Below are positions 22,895 through 33,573 of a stretch of 64,000 bases of DNA, piece by piece (the stretch's first letter is position 1; every line of letters begins with the position of its first letter). The notes under the pieces are model-generated. The model saw nothing but the letters and a program-made list of their open reading frames with translations, ran no database searches and was not told where the DNA came from. The stretch lies in NCBI GenBank assembly GCA_011109175.1, contig RDEW01000007.1, forward strand, positions 91,424 through 155,423, written 5' to 3'. The position numbers and the translations under genes were made by a program. Source of the stretch: Dicyema japonicum (lineage: Eukaryota > Animalia > Dicyemida).

Positions 22895-24230
22895 AAATGA
22901 TTACTTTAATTAGAATCTTGGTTTTTTCAATTAGTTGGTTGTTTCTCCCGACAACTGCCGGAGAAATCCTTTGAACAACCATTCGGTTTCCCTCATTAAT
23001 AACTTTGGGAATCATTGAACCAAGTAATCTTAGAAAAGAGACTTTCTGGGGGCGAAGACTCCACTCGTCTCGACAACAACGTGCTGTACATGGAATCTTG
23101 TGGAGAGGCTGTCGTAATTTTTTTATCTTGAAATTCCGAGCAGCCTCCCCAGCTTTCAAATCGGAACAAGCGAGTCTCGGCAAGGGAATAGGTGTCTATA
23201 CAGACCCCATCCCAAATCAAGTATTTTTCCCGAGACAAGGAGAAGACAGCTACCCAATCTGGACGCTTTTCATTTCTGCGATCCAGGCCCACCAATTCCA
23301 GAGGCGACGGGAATCTAGCCACCTCAGCGGTTATGCAATAAGTGCATAATGATTTAACTTTTTTAATTTAATGTGTTTTTGTTTATAGACCTGATGTGTA
23401 AATATTAGAAAACATATTCATTTTTCTCTTCCAGGAGAGTTGACATATTACTGCCGTGTAGAGGAGATCCGAGAAAAATTGCGTTTTCTAGTAGGGTGAC
23501 CAAGACATCCGGGAAATAAGTAGAAATTGTAGCCACTGCATAGTCAAATTCGTCTCTCCGCAAGAAACTTTTATGATACGGATTCGGGTCAAACTCAAGT
23601 TCAAAGATGGCGGATTCGTCTTCCGCCATCACAAGTTTTTCCTACCGTCGCGTCGTGCAGGTACCATAGGTTCAATGGAGTTGGCATCGTCGATGCTGCA
23701 CAGTCGATACCCAAGACGAAAAGCAGGAGGCCATGGGGGTCACCTTGTTGGACTCTAGTCTTGAATTCGACGATATGTTGTCCGGAGATCAGCGTGCAAG
23801 AAGAACCATATGAAAGTTTCACCATCTTGCTTATTTCCGGAATCCTGGAGATTCTAGCTTTTATGATTCTATTTTTGCTATTGAAAGCATTGCGGATGTC
23901 CAGTTTGATAATTATAGCATTCGTAGTGTCTGGCGGACTGGCAGCAAAGTTCTGGATTGAGTGGACTACCACCTCGCATCCATGAGGAATTCTAACCCCA
24001 AGTTGAGTAGGGTTCAGTTGGGGGTTTAGAGTCCTGCTCGCTGCTCTGGCAGTAATCTTCACTATTAGGCCCCTGAATACGTTGCCAAATGTGCAATGTC
24101 CTTCCCAATTTCTGTCTCGCCTAGATCTGACGGGGTGGGTGGATGTTTTTGGATGATGAGCTCGAGGGTTTTTTTAGTTGGTGAAAGAACCTTGTCGTTA
24201 TGGAGAGCGTACGCAGGGCTCTTTTAAAAT
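22895..24230 (-). mobile_element. CRE-like retrotransposon fragment with internal deletion
   Basis: QLGVRIPHGCE, KLDIRNAFNS, VQQGDP.G.LLF, WYL.D, LEL.GLDRRNEKRPD, QRISPAVVGRN. Confidence 0.85.
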
Positions 24231-24334
24231 GCTATATTTGTGGTTTATAAATACTATCATGTTATTTTTTAAGTGCTTTAAATTTTAACTATAAAAAATT
24301 AATGCAACATTATTTTAAATCTTAATTGCAACCT

Positions 24335-26590
24335 TAGACCAATAATTCTAACTTCCATACGCAAAACACTGTCTCTCATTACAACACCATATAAAAAACA
24401 AAGTTAACAAATTCCTATCCCCAAAGTGGATTTCGGACAAGCAGGTCTACAGCCGATGTAAAGTGGGTGCACAGATGGCATTCTGCTCTATGGCAAAAGT
24501 ATTAAAAAATCTATTGAAATACTTGCCATTGATATGTCCCTTGCATTCGATTCGGTACACCGGAAAAAAACTTATGGAAGTTCTAAAGAGTTTTCTTCAC
24601 CCTGACGACTTTAAAAATAATACGCCTGCTCATGCAGAACACTCATCTTTCTATCAAAATTGGTAAATGTGCCTCTAACTTTTTTTCCGACCTCACGTGG
24701 AGTTCCACAGGGGGACTCGATATCCCCGTTCTTCTTTATTGTTTACCTTGAAGCTGCACTAAGAGAGTTCAGGGCCTTGATTGAAAACAACTATGACGAG
24801 ATAATTTATGCGGACGATCTGGATTTTGTTTCTGAGGATACTCGAATCCTTCTGTTTCTGAGAATACTCCCACACATATTATCGAAATGGTTCTTATCCG
24901 TAAAACCCGACAAAACGGAGTTTACAACGCTTACACGTAATGATCGGAAATCGGACGAGTCATGGAGAAGGTAAAGAAGGTAGACTCGCTTCTAGGAAAC
25001 TCTGAATATGTTACTCCTAGGAAGATCCTTGCTATGAGTGCACTGAAAAAAATATCGTCAATATGGAGCCACAGGAAGAGGATAGGAATAGACACCAGGC
25101 TTATAATATACAAAGCTTTTATCATCCCGTATTAACCTACAACTCTGAGACTTGGGGAATCCTAAACACGAAATGGACCGTCTTGACTTTTTCCACAGAG
25201 CTCAGCTCAAATCGGTAATCCGGGATTTTCCTGTCATTAACGACATTTCGTCAATCACTAACGACAATAGTCAATAAACAACGACATTTCTTCAACCAAT
25301 ATCGACACGTGTTCAATCAATAACGCCAGAAAATTAATTTTTGCAACAATACTAGTTAAACACAAAAAATTATTCATTCATTGATAATTTCACTATTAAC
25401 TGCTCTAATAATGTATCCTTTCATCCTTCTGAAGTGTCCTCCACAGTCTTCGGGGTAATCAATTCGAGAGATGTCTCAGCTGTAAATTATCAATAGCAGC
25501 TCCTCTTCGCAGAATTCTTCCATTTTAAGAACACATTCTCAATTGGATTAAGGAATGGTGGTATGGAGGAAGATATAGTATCTTGAGGTTGTGGGATTGG
25601 ATTACTTCGTTGAGTCCATTGTAATGGTGAATCCTAGCATTGTCCGTGACGAAGTAGGGATCCACAATTCCTACTTTGTCTATAAAGAGTATTCGGCTAT
25701 CCCCAAAGTCAAATAAAATTTCTTGGAAATATGTCTTATATTCCAATCGTGTCTCAATGGTTCTTTCACAGTGTCTTCTCTCAGGAACAATGTTGAGAGA
25801 TTTCACTGTGTAGAAAAATTTATTTAAACAGCGGTTGATGGTACTAGTACTTACGGATATTTCCATCTCCTCGCCCAGTTTTGTTTTCCAACACTCCAAG
25901 GTCTTTTCTGATCAGCAGTCAAGATTGTTTTATGATCACCGCCACGCTTGCAACATTTCCATCCTTCAGATATGAAGAAAGAATTGTACATACAGTTGTA
26001 CGAAAAAGACCCATAACTCGGAAGATCTCAGTATTGCCACGATTATTCTTAGCGTGGTTAATAGCGAGTTCTATGACTTTATTTGAGATTTTTACGCCTT
26101 TCCTTGCAATTGTTTATTTCATTTTCCTGGTTGTTTAATCCGTCATTAGGATTGAAATTCGACTAAATACAAAAAATTCGTTTTTATTCTGCTCCATTAT
26201 CGTATTGACTGACTATTGTAGTTAGTGATCGACGAAGTGTAGTTAGTGATAGGAAAACCCTATAAATGCAAATAAGGCGTGTTGTCAGATAATTTTCAAA
26301 TCAAGATGGAGCCTCTTTTGGCCACGTGTTACGTCTAAATGACCAGGTCTCGCATATGTCACAATGGACAACTAATTTGCACACACATGAGCCGGATTCG
26401 ACGTAAATCCAAGAACGAATCAAGACCTATCGGCGGTTGGTATAAGACTAACTTCGGTGGAACCTGGACGACCTAAGAGATTTTTCGCGTAACAGAAGAT
26501 CATGGTCGAGGCTAACGGAGAGGATGGAATACAGCACAAGGCAAACTTAACTAATTTATGTTTTCTCGGGAGTGTTTTTTGATAAAATAA
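24335..26590 (+). mobile_element. Degenerate RTE-like LINE interrupted by a Tc1-like element
   Basis: GVPQGDSISPFFF, YADDLDF, KSRWSLFGHVLRL after the insertion. The 3' end matches the copy at 48105-48620. Confidence 0.8.
25225..26260 (-). mobile_element. IS630-Tc1 family DNA transposon, internally deleted
   Basis: ~55-bp imperfect TIRs (ttttcctgtcattaacgacatttcgtcaatcactaac... / ...gttagtgatcgacgaagtgtagttagtgataggaaaaccc). Transposase pieces RRGGDHK, LFIDK.G, DNARIHH, YLPPY. Confidence 0.9.
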
Positions 26591-27064
26591 TAAATTGCCC
26601 TAGTGATGAGATTTCATCCAACTTCCTATGCTCCATTTGTGAATTTTCGTATAGAATTTTATCAAGTTGTGAGCACACGATTCCACTTGATCCTCTTGAC
26701 TCGAGCTTTTTATTTCATTATGCTCTTTATTTTCTAGGTGATCTGGTTTTGAGATAAATTCTTTCTTTACTCGACGAATTTAATCGATTTTTGTGCATAG
26801 CCAATAATCTTGCTTCTAAGATTACATGGTAAAGTAGGTGATTGCTTTTTCCAGATAATTTAAGCTATCCAAGTAAGGATTCTTTAGCCTATTGTCCGAG
26901 ACTGCGCGATACAATGTCTATTATTCCAAGACAAAGGATAAAACCAAACTAGCTAATCCCATGATATTGTCGGGGGAACTGAGGTCGAACCCAGAACTCT
27001 TGGCCAGGAAGCGAAATAGTCTCCCGATGAAATAACCTGAATGCACTTGTCTATCAAATCTTAT

Positions 27065-27307
27065 ATTATTACAGCACTTATCGCCTTGCCATAATAGTTA
27101 TAGCAAAGCATGTGCAATACAAGAAACAATGTTATTAGTTAGCCTCTTCCATCCTCCACGGTTACACGCAATCGATCTCAAGCATGTCCAGATCGTCTCC
27201 CGTCTTTAGGCATTTCTTCATCCTTTGGAGGTCTTTGTGCAGCATGATAGGTAGGGTCATCCTTGATCTGCCACGGAAGGCATTTGCCCTCGAACATGAA
27301 ATGGTCC
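27065..27307 (-). mobile_element. 243-bp 5'-truncated copy of the RTE family at 16492-18674
   Basis: Near-identical to about 18432-18674. Exact 11-bp TSD tcaaatcttat (27054-27064, 27308-27318). Confidence 0.95.
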
Positions 27308-28110
27308 TCAAATCTTATTGAAGGAATTAATAATTATTAAAGAATCAAATAACAATTAATTATTAATATATTCTTCGAATGTCTTACTGACAACAGAACT
27401 TTGGTATCGAGTTACACGCAGACTTGGCAAAACACTATCAAAGTTCTGGTTCGATCCGGCCTTCATTATAAGCTGACAGATTGTCGTCATTTTATCAAAG
27501 TCTAAGACTAAACACTCACATTACTGCATTCGGTCATCACGTGAGGAAGATATGTGGCTGTCTGTTGATAATTAGAAGAATCATTGAAGAAAATCTCAAC
27601 TCCGTGTAGTCCGATCTAGTATGAGATAGCAGACTCAACCTCCCAATCATCCCAGGTAGTGCAGGTTTCGAAAGAGTGAAGGAGATTTACCTCACAGGAA
27701 AGATTTGGGAGTTCATTCAAATGAATGGGGGAAAACCTAGAATCCTGAGAGCTAAAATCAAAACCACGTAAACCTAAAAATTGCATACTTGCTTAGTCCC
27801 TTTGAGAGCTTCTGAGGAGCAAAACATCCAATACACCCCCGCAAATGTTGATTCTTATAATTTTTCCATGAAACGAAAAGTGCACTGGTTTTATAGAGTT
27901 AATCATACTATTCTTTCTCCTCAAATGATGAAATGTTCCGATTTGGGACCTCATCCCCCAATTTTCGTCTTAGACAGTCAAAACAGTAGTAGCACATCTC
28001 AGCAGTAGCCATTCTCTCACTATATATTTATTTAATATTGTTTAATTTTTAAATAAATAAGTTTTTTTTGAAAACAATTTATTACTTAACAAGACAATCA
28101 AATGGATTAT

Positions 28111-28357
28111 GCGAGTAAACCTGGCTCGTCTACGATGTGGGAACCACCCATATCTACCAACATATGATATACTCTGCCCCTTTTGCAACCTCCACGTGCT
28201 GACAACAAATCACCTATTTCAATGTCATGAATTGGCACAACATTTCTCCACAATGCCGGAACTGACCGATCTATGGGAGCGACCAACATCTGCTGCGTAC
28301 TACTTAATAGCTGCTGGCCTCCTACAAGTTAGTGAGGCTGTGGTTACTCAACTAACT
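28111..28357 (+). mobile_element. 5'-truncated Ingi-like LINE with C-terminal CCHC zinc finger
   Basis: LARLRCGNHPYL..CPFC...TTNHLFQC..LTDLWERPTSAAYYL, with an (AACT)n tail. Exact 15-bp TSD aatcaaatggattat (28096-28110, 28358-28372). Confidence 0.9.
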
Positions 28358-28381
28358 AATCAAATGGATTATTGCCTGGAC

Positions 28382-28500
28382 GCGTGGCGTCATGTGGCTA
28401 ATTATTTTCCTTCCCTCCGATGGCGTCATTGGATCCACCTTACTGAGGAGATGTCTGGCCGGCATCAAGAGGATCCAACTATTCTTTCCCTGGGGACAAT
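28382..28500 (+). mobile_element. Isolated Ingi-like 5' leader remnant
   Basis: gcgtggcgtcatgtggct matches the family A 5' end (17/18). A second tggcgtca follows, and TGGCTA/TGGCCG can pair. Confidence 0.45.
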
Positions 28501-28569
28501 TTCGTTACCTGGAGACAAGTTCTGGAACGAGTCAGTATCAATGAGTTAGTTTGGTTACTTTGAAATAAA

Positions 28570-28680
28570 TTTAATTTAAAATAATCTAGCTGATAGAATG
28601 GAATGACTGTTTTCCCCTGACAACTGCCAGAGAAATTCTTTGAATCAACCATTCGGTTTTCCGACGCTCATTAATAAATA
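28570..28680 (-). mobile_element. Short CRE-like 3' remnant
   Basis: Similar to 22930-23000 (gacaactgcc.gagaaat.ctttgaa..aaccattcggttt). Confidence 0.55.
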
Positions 28681-28712
28681 AGTTATTTAAAAGAATTTAA
28701 AAATAATTTATA

Positions 28713-30100
28713 ATGTGGCGTCTTGTAGTCCACCAGTTCTGAAATGCTCAGGGTGCACGTAATTCAAAGGACCATTAGCTACCCCCATCTGATGAAGGAC
28801 TCTTTAGACAACGGCCTCTTGCCCCTCTTGATCCCCCTCGGCTGAATGAGATTCTAATGATTATCTCGGTGACATAGAACTTAATCCAGGTCCCACTCTC
28901 AATTTTGAGGAGATGCATCAACGTAATCAAAAGAAAAATACTTGAATTGTGGTCTTTCATAAACATACAGAACATTGACCTATTTTACTTCAAAAAGGCA
29001 TACTTACTTATTATCACTAACCACGCATATTCCAGGATACCATTGCATTTGTTTGGACCGCCCGAACCGTTCTGGTAGGGGTCTCCTTATCATTATCAGG
29101 GATAACATTCGATTTACGGACATCTCTGCAAAATACAATCACTAATAAACGACAGGACTACATAAATATCTGGAATTTCCATTATAAGCGGATTTTGAGC
29201 ATTCAACATTTCAAACATATACGTCCCCCTTCCTTCTTGGCAAAAAAGGGTTCTCGCTAAACCTCTCCAGGCTAAACAACCAAGAAAACCTGATACTGTG
29301 TAGAGAATTCAATGCTAAACACTCGGCCTGGTTAAAATCACAGCAGCAGATTCAAGAGGATTGTACTTAATAAACCAGCTCACCTCTCTAACACTAGGAC
29401 TCCTTACAAGGAAAACGAATCATTAACGTCCCCGGACATTTCTCAAAACCTTTCACCAATTAAGCTCTTTTAAACAAGAAACTGACTGTCTAAGCAAGGA
29501 CGAAAATAAGCTGTTAGAACCGATTAGCAGTATTGTGGAGGATCGGATCAATGGTTTCAGGAGGAGATCAAAAATCCAAGGCACGTATATAAAGTTAGGA
29601 GAAACGTCCTGAAAAAAAATTTAAAATGGAGGAAGGGTCAAGATGTGCCTTATGGTAGGACTCAGATGAAACACCCTCCAGAAAACTCTTTAACTCTTTT
29701 TTGTCATTATTATTAATCGTGTTGGATTGGATAATATACAAATCAGCTGGAAAAAGAAGACTACTTCAGAAATGATCAATTCGCCCAAGATGGTTCTACG
29801 GTGATTGTTTATTTCATCTCAACTCCGAGTTATGCCAGAGAATCCAAATGTTTCATGAATATCATATGTCTCGACATATCAAAAGCATTCGACAGTGTTA
29901 ACCACAGAGCCATAATCGGTCAGTTATCTGCTTCCCCTGTTCAGGGGCTTTTAGAAGGAAGTCACTAACAACTTTTCTCTCAATAATGAAAATCGATCTA
30001 AAACATGCTAAAATGGCATTAGAATACGCAGATGATCTAGACAGCCTACGAAAAATCGCCATCTAAAGAAGAGCACGGAGAAGTCTAACAGACCGGATCA
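28713..30100 (+). mobile_element. Degenerate Ingi-like LINE family B (leader, 2A, APE, RT)
   Basis: Leader at 28713-28781, GDIELNPGP at 28868-28894, RSGRGLLIIIRDNI, EFNAKH, LDISKAFDSVNH, YADD. Many deletions. Confidence 0.75.
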
Positions 30101-30124
30101 TCCGGGGTGGCACAAGCGACGGGA

Positions 30125-31740
30125 AGAAAAAAGTATTAACTCGCTAAATCAAGTAATCTCAGCCTCCAACATCTCTCAAATTCTCTTTGACTGCTCAGCC
30201 AGTGAACCAACAGCGTCCTGAAGTGTCTTCCTTTATTTCTGCAGAGGAATTTCATCGGAGTGTCATTTTTAATGCCGATCTGAATTCCTCCACATGAACC
30301 GCCCTCTCTCTGAATGGGTTTCCTAGCTCCTTGCACATACGGATGAAGCCCTGGCCATTTCTTATCGTCTTCTCTTCTGAAAGGAGACTGGGGATGGATG
30401 TGGAGTCTGAATGCATATGCCTCATGATCTTTTGTCTGAGAGAGTTCATACGCTTGACCCTCGTAGAAGGAATAGCGAATCTCCAGGCAGAACAGGCATA
30501 TTCAACCGTCGGCACAATGACTTGCAGATATATTTTGTTGATACAAGCAGTAGGAGCGAAGGGGCTCTTATTTATGATGGTTTTTAAGACGTTCTATTTT
30601 CGAAGACCCTTGGTTAAAACTTTCTCCGTGTGACTGGAGAATATCATAAGAGAGTCGATAGTCACTACAAGGATCTTATAGATTCGTGTATAAGGGATGG
30701 AATGTTTCCGAGGAGTATCTCAAGTCCACCTGTGAATCTTCTGTCCGTAGTAAATTGGGTGAACTGTGACTTGGATGCAGACACAGACAGCAAATTCATG
30801 GATAGCCAGTCACACACCTAGTTGATATATGACTGAACCACCGCCACAAGCCCTGGAGGGAGATTTGTCCCTTGCACGATAATCAGGTGTCAGCGTAAAA
30901 AAAACATAGTGTCCTGATCCTTGGTGTAGGTAAATCGTGTAGAAATAAGTTAAATAAGAAAGGAGACAGAGGGGAGCCTTGTGAGACCCCATTATAGAGT
31001 AGTCTTGATCTTGAAGTAATTTTTCAATCCGGACTCTTCCACGTCGGTCATTTAAAAAAATTTCCAGCCATAACATGATGCTCGGATGTAAATTTGAGTT
31101 GAAGATCTTCTTTGCTAGGAGTGTCCTCGAAACCGTGTCGCAGACTTTCTGTATATTTATAGACACCAGAGACGTCCGTAAGTGCGTCTTCATGTTGAAG
31201 CCGTCTGTGATGAACTGGGAGACGGATCCCAAATGCGTCGTTGTAGAGCGGCCTGATCTGAAGCCATGTAATCAATAAATTCAAAAATGTGTTTGGTATT
31301 GTATGGGAATTAATAGACTGGTTGTATAGTCTTGACAACACAATATGAGCTTGAAGTCCTAGGTGTTTATAGTAAATAGCACAGACACTGTCGGGGCCAC
31401 AGGCTCGGGTCGGTCGTAGAAATTTAATAGTCATTTCCACGTCGTAGGAAATGAAGAACGTAGTATATGTCGATTGTTGTGTACCACCTCGTTTGACATG
31501 CAGAGAGCGAGAAAAGTCCTTGTGGCTGATCGACACATAGCATTTCATGAGGTTATTAGCGAGTTTCTGTGCATATTCCGGGGAAAGGGTAACGGTTTTG
31601 CGAGGCTGTTGATACTCTCGAGGCTGGCGAACCTTGGGGCACTCCGTTTAGTAGTAAACGTGATCGTGATCTGAGGTGGCCACAGATGACCCTCCCACGT
31701 TATCCAGATAGAAAATTGGCCAACCATAGCTTCAAGCTAG
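30125..31740 (-). mobile_element. Degenerate Ingi-like LINE (RT and C-terminus)
   Basis: ACGPDSVCAIYYKHLG, SINIQK..DTVSR, PTVEYACSAWR. Ends LEAEIT*, a variant of GIT*. Confidence 0.8.
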
Positions 31741-31769
31741 GGCGAATTTTTGAATCAAAGATTTTTCCA

Positions 31770-31953
31770 ATTAAATGTTTCCTCGGTACCGAGTCAAACG
31801 ACTTGTTGATGTTATCGAGACCATTGTTGTCCGCATGTGTTTTGGGGTAGTGTCGAAACCATCCGCAATGAACTGCGAAAGCGTTGATAAGAAAGTCGTG
31901 GTTGATCTTCCAGGACAGAATCCGTGTTGGAAATTCGTTGAGTTAGGGAAAAA
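31770..31953 (-). mobile_element. Ingi-like RT fragment
   Basis: FQHGFCPGRSTTTFLSTLSQFIADGF. Confidence 0.6.
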
Positions 31954-32635
31954 GTAATTTCAGATTTTTATTTTATTTATTTTAATAACCCCGGGAACAC
32001 CGAGGAAAAAAGACAAAAGAGTCAAACAGTTAGGTGATCCCAGTCCTCGCAATCAATTGTGCCATTCGACGTCTGTGATCTTCCATCGTCCCCACTACTT
32101 TCCGGGAGAGCCTTCTCTCGGTCTTGCAGAGGAATCCGATCGGGGAATTTCTTATCCAATCGGTTTTCTCTTGCCATGGAAAGGATCAGGCGAAGCGGAT
32201 TTCCATCTTCCTCACAGACGCGAAAAAATCCGGAGCCACGACTACGGATCTTAGCTTCCATGAGTAGTGGGTCGACTGTTGATCCATTACGTGGGCAAAG
32301 CATACTGATTGTTTTCCGGTGTATCGAGTTGATTCTTTGGACCATAGACTCCGATAGCGCGAATCTCCATGCAACGAAGGCATACTCAACGGCAGGCACG
32401 ATTGTTTGTTGGTAGAAGGTAGAAACGGAAAAGTCCATGTTCCTCATGGTCCTCCGGACAAGGGCGCGTAAAACGTTAACTTTCTGGAGGCCCCTGCTAA
32501 TCATGTCTTTTGCGTGGAAGTTGAAATTGAGTAGACTGTGGTACTTGACTCCAAGGACAGTAAGGGACCTTGTCACTGGAATCCGAGTGGAACCAATAAA
32601 GATACTCGGTTCATCCTTAGAACGACGGTCTGAAG

Positions 32636-33573
32636 CAGAGCTTTTCAAAAAATAATTCTCGCGGCACACTAATCGTAAAAAAATAATCCACGGCACACAT
32701 TAAAAAATAAAAAATTAATTTTTTAAGATGTGTAAAACTAAGTACAAAAATTGGTAATTTAATGCCAAAATTTTTATTAATAAAAAAATGAATTCTTAAT
32801 TATTATTGTTTTTGTATATATCATCAATATCAGGTCGAATGGTTAACAAAGGCACTCGCATTTCAGCACAAATCCGACGAAAAACAGTGTTAACTGACAA
32901 AGGTATCTTCATTATTTTTTGTTCATATAAATGACCAAACATAGTCCGAGCAATAATACGACAAGCAGGGATTATCAAGTTTTCGCCAATATTGTGAGGT
33001 TTTAGTTGTTTTGCTATCACTTCTGAGATCAGGTATGAACATTTCAATGATTCCTTTGTGTTTAAAAAAGTTTCACTGAACATCTTTTGACTAGATCTAC
33101 GATTCATAGTAAAAACCAAATAATACTTAAGTTGTTTTTTTTCAAATGGATAAAATAATCCACAGATCTTTCGGAATAGTCCGGATGCTTGGAAGTAAAA
33201 TGTCTCTTTAGTTTGCTAGGAACCATAGCATCACTTGCCAAAAATCCATGCAAATTAGACATTGAGGTAGTTTATTTTTATCTTTGCATATACATCCAAA
33301 TGACAAATAAGAATCTTTATAAGAACGACGAACTGATTTACCCATAAGCACGTTGATGCGCACGTTATTAAAAAATTAATAAATAATGGTTAACCAATGT
33401 AAATGTCATTTAATGTATAATAAAAAAATGATTATTTTAATTTTAGTAATTATTTTAATTCGTTTATCTTTTTAAATTAATTAGGTCAAAAATGTATATA
33501 AATTTATTCAAATTTGTATTTGGCAGGCGGCACACTAGAAATTGTCTTGCGGCACACCGTTTGACAACCTCTG
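32636..33573 (-). mobile_element. Non-autonomous hAT/Buster element (938 bp)
   Basis: Exact 8-bp TSD gtctgaag (32628-32635, 33574-33581). TIRs cagagcttttcaaa / tttgacaacctctg and gcggcacac subterminal repeats. Transposase N-terminus (PSKLKRH, KPHNIGENLIIPAC) is fused to the C-terminus. Confidence 0.95.

Noticed and set aside
26968-27045. tRNA/SINE-like sequence on the minus strand (ctgggttcgacctcag)
   Set aside because: Only a T-arm-like hairpin with a 6-nt loop. No convincing D, anticodon or acceptor stems.
28441-28470. GDV-W-P as a fourth 2A
   Set aside because: It needs an assumed deletion of ExNP, and it overlaps the predicted P2' of the leader.
28785-28830. CTGATGA as a hammerhead ribozyme core
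   Set aside because: No matching GAAA or stems II/III at the right spacing. It lies in the LINE leader-to-2A region.
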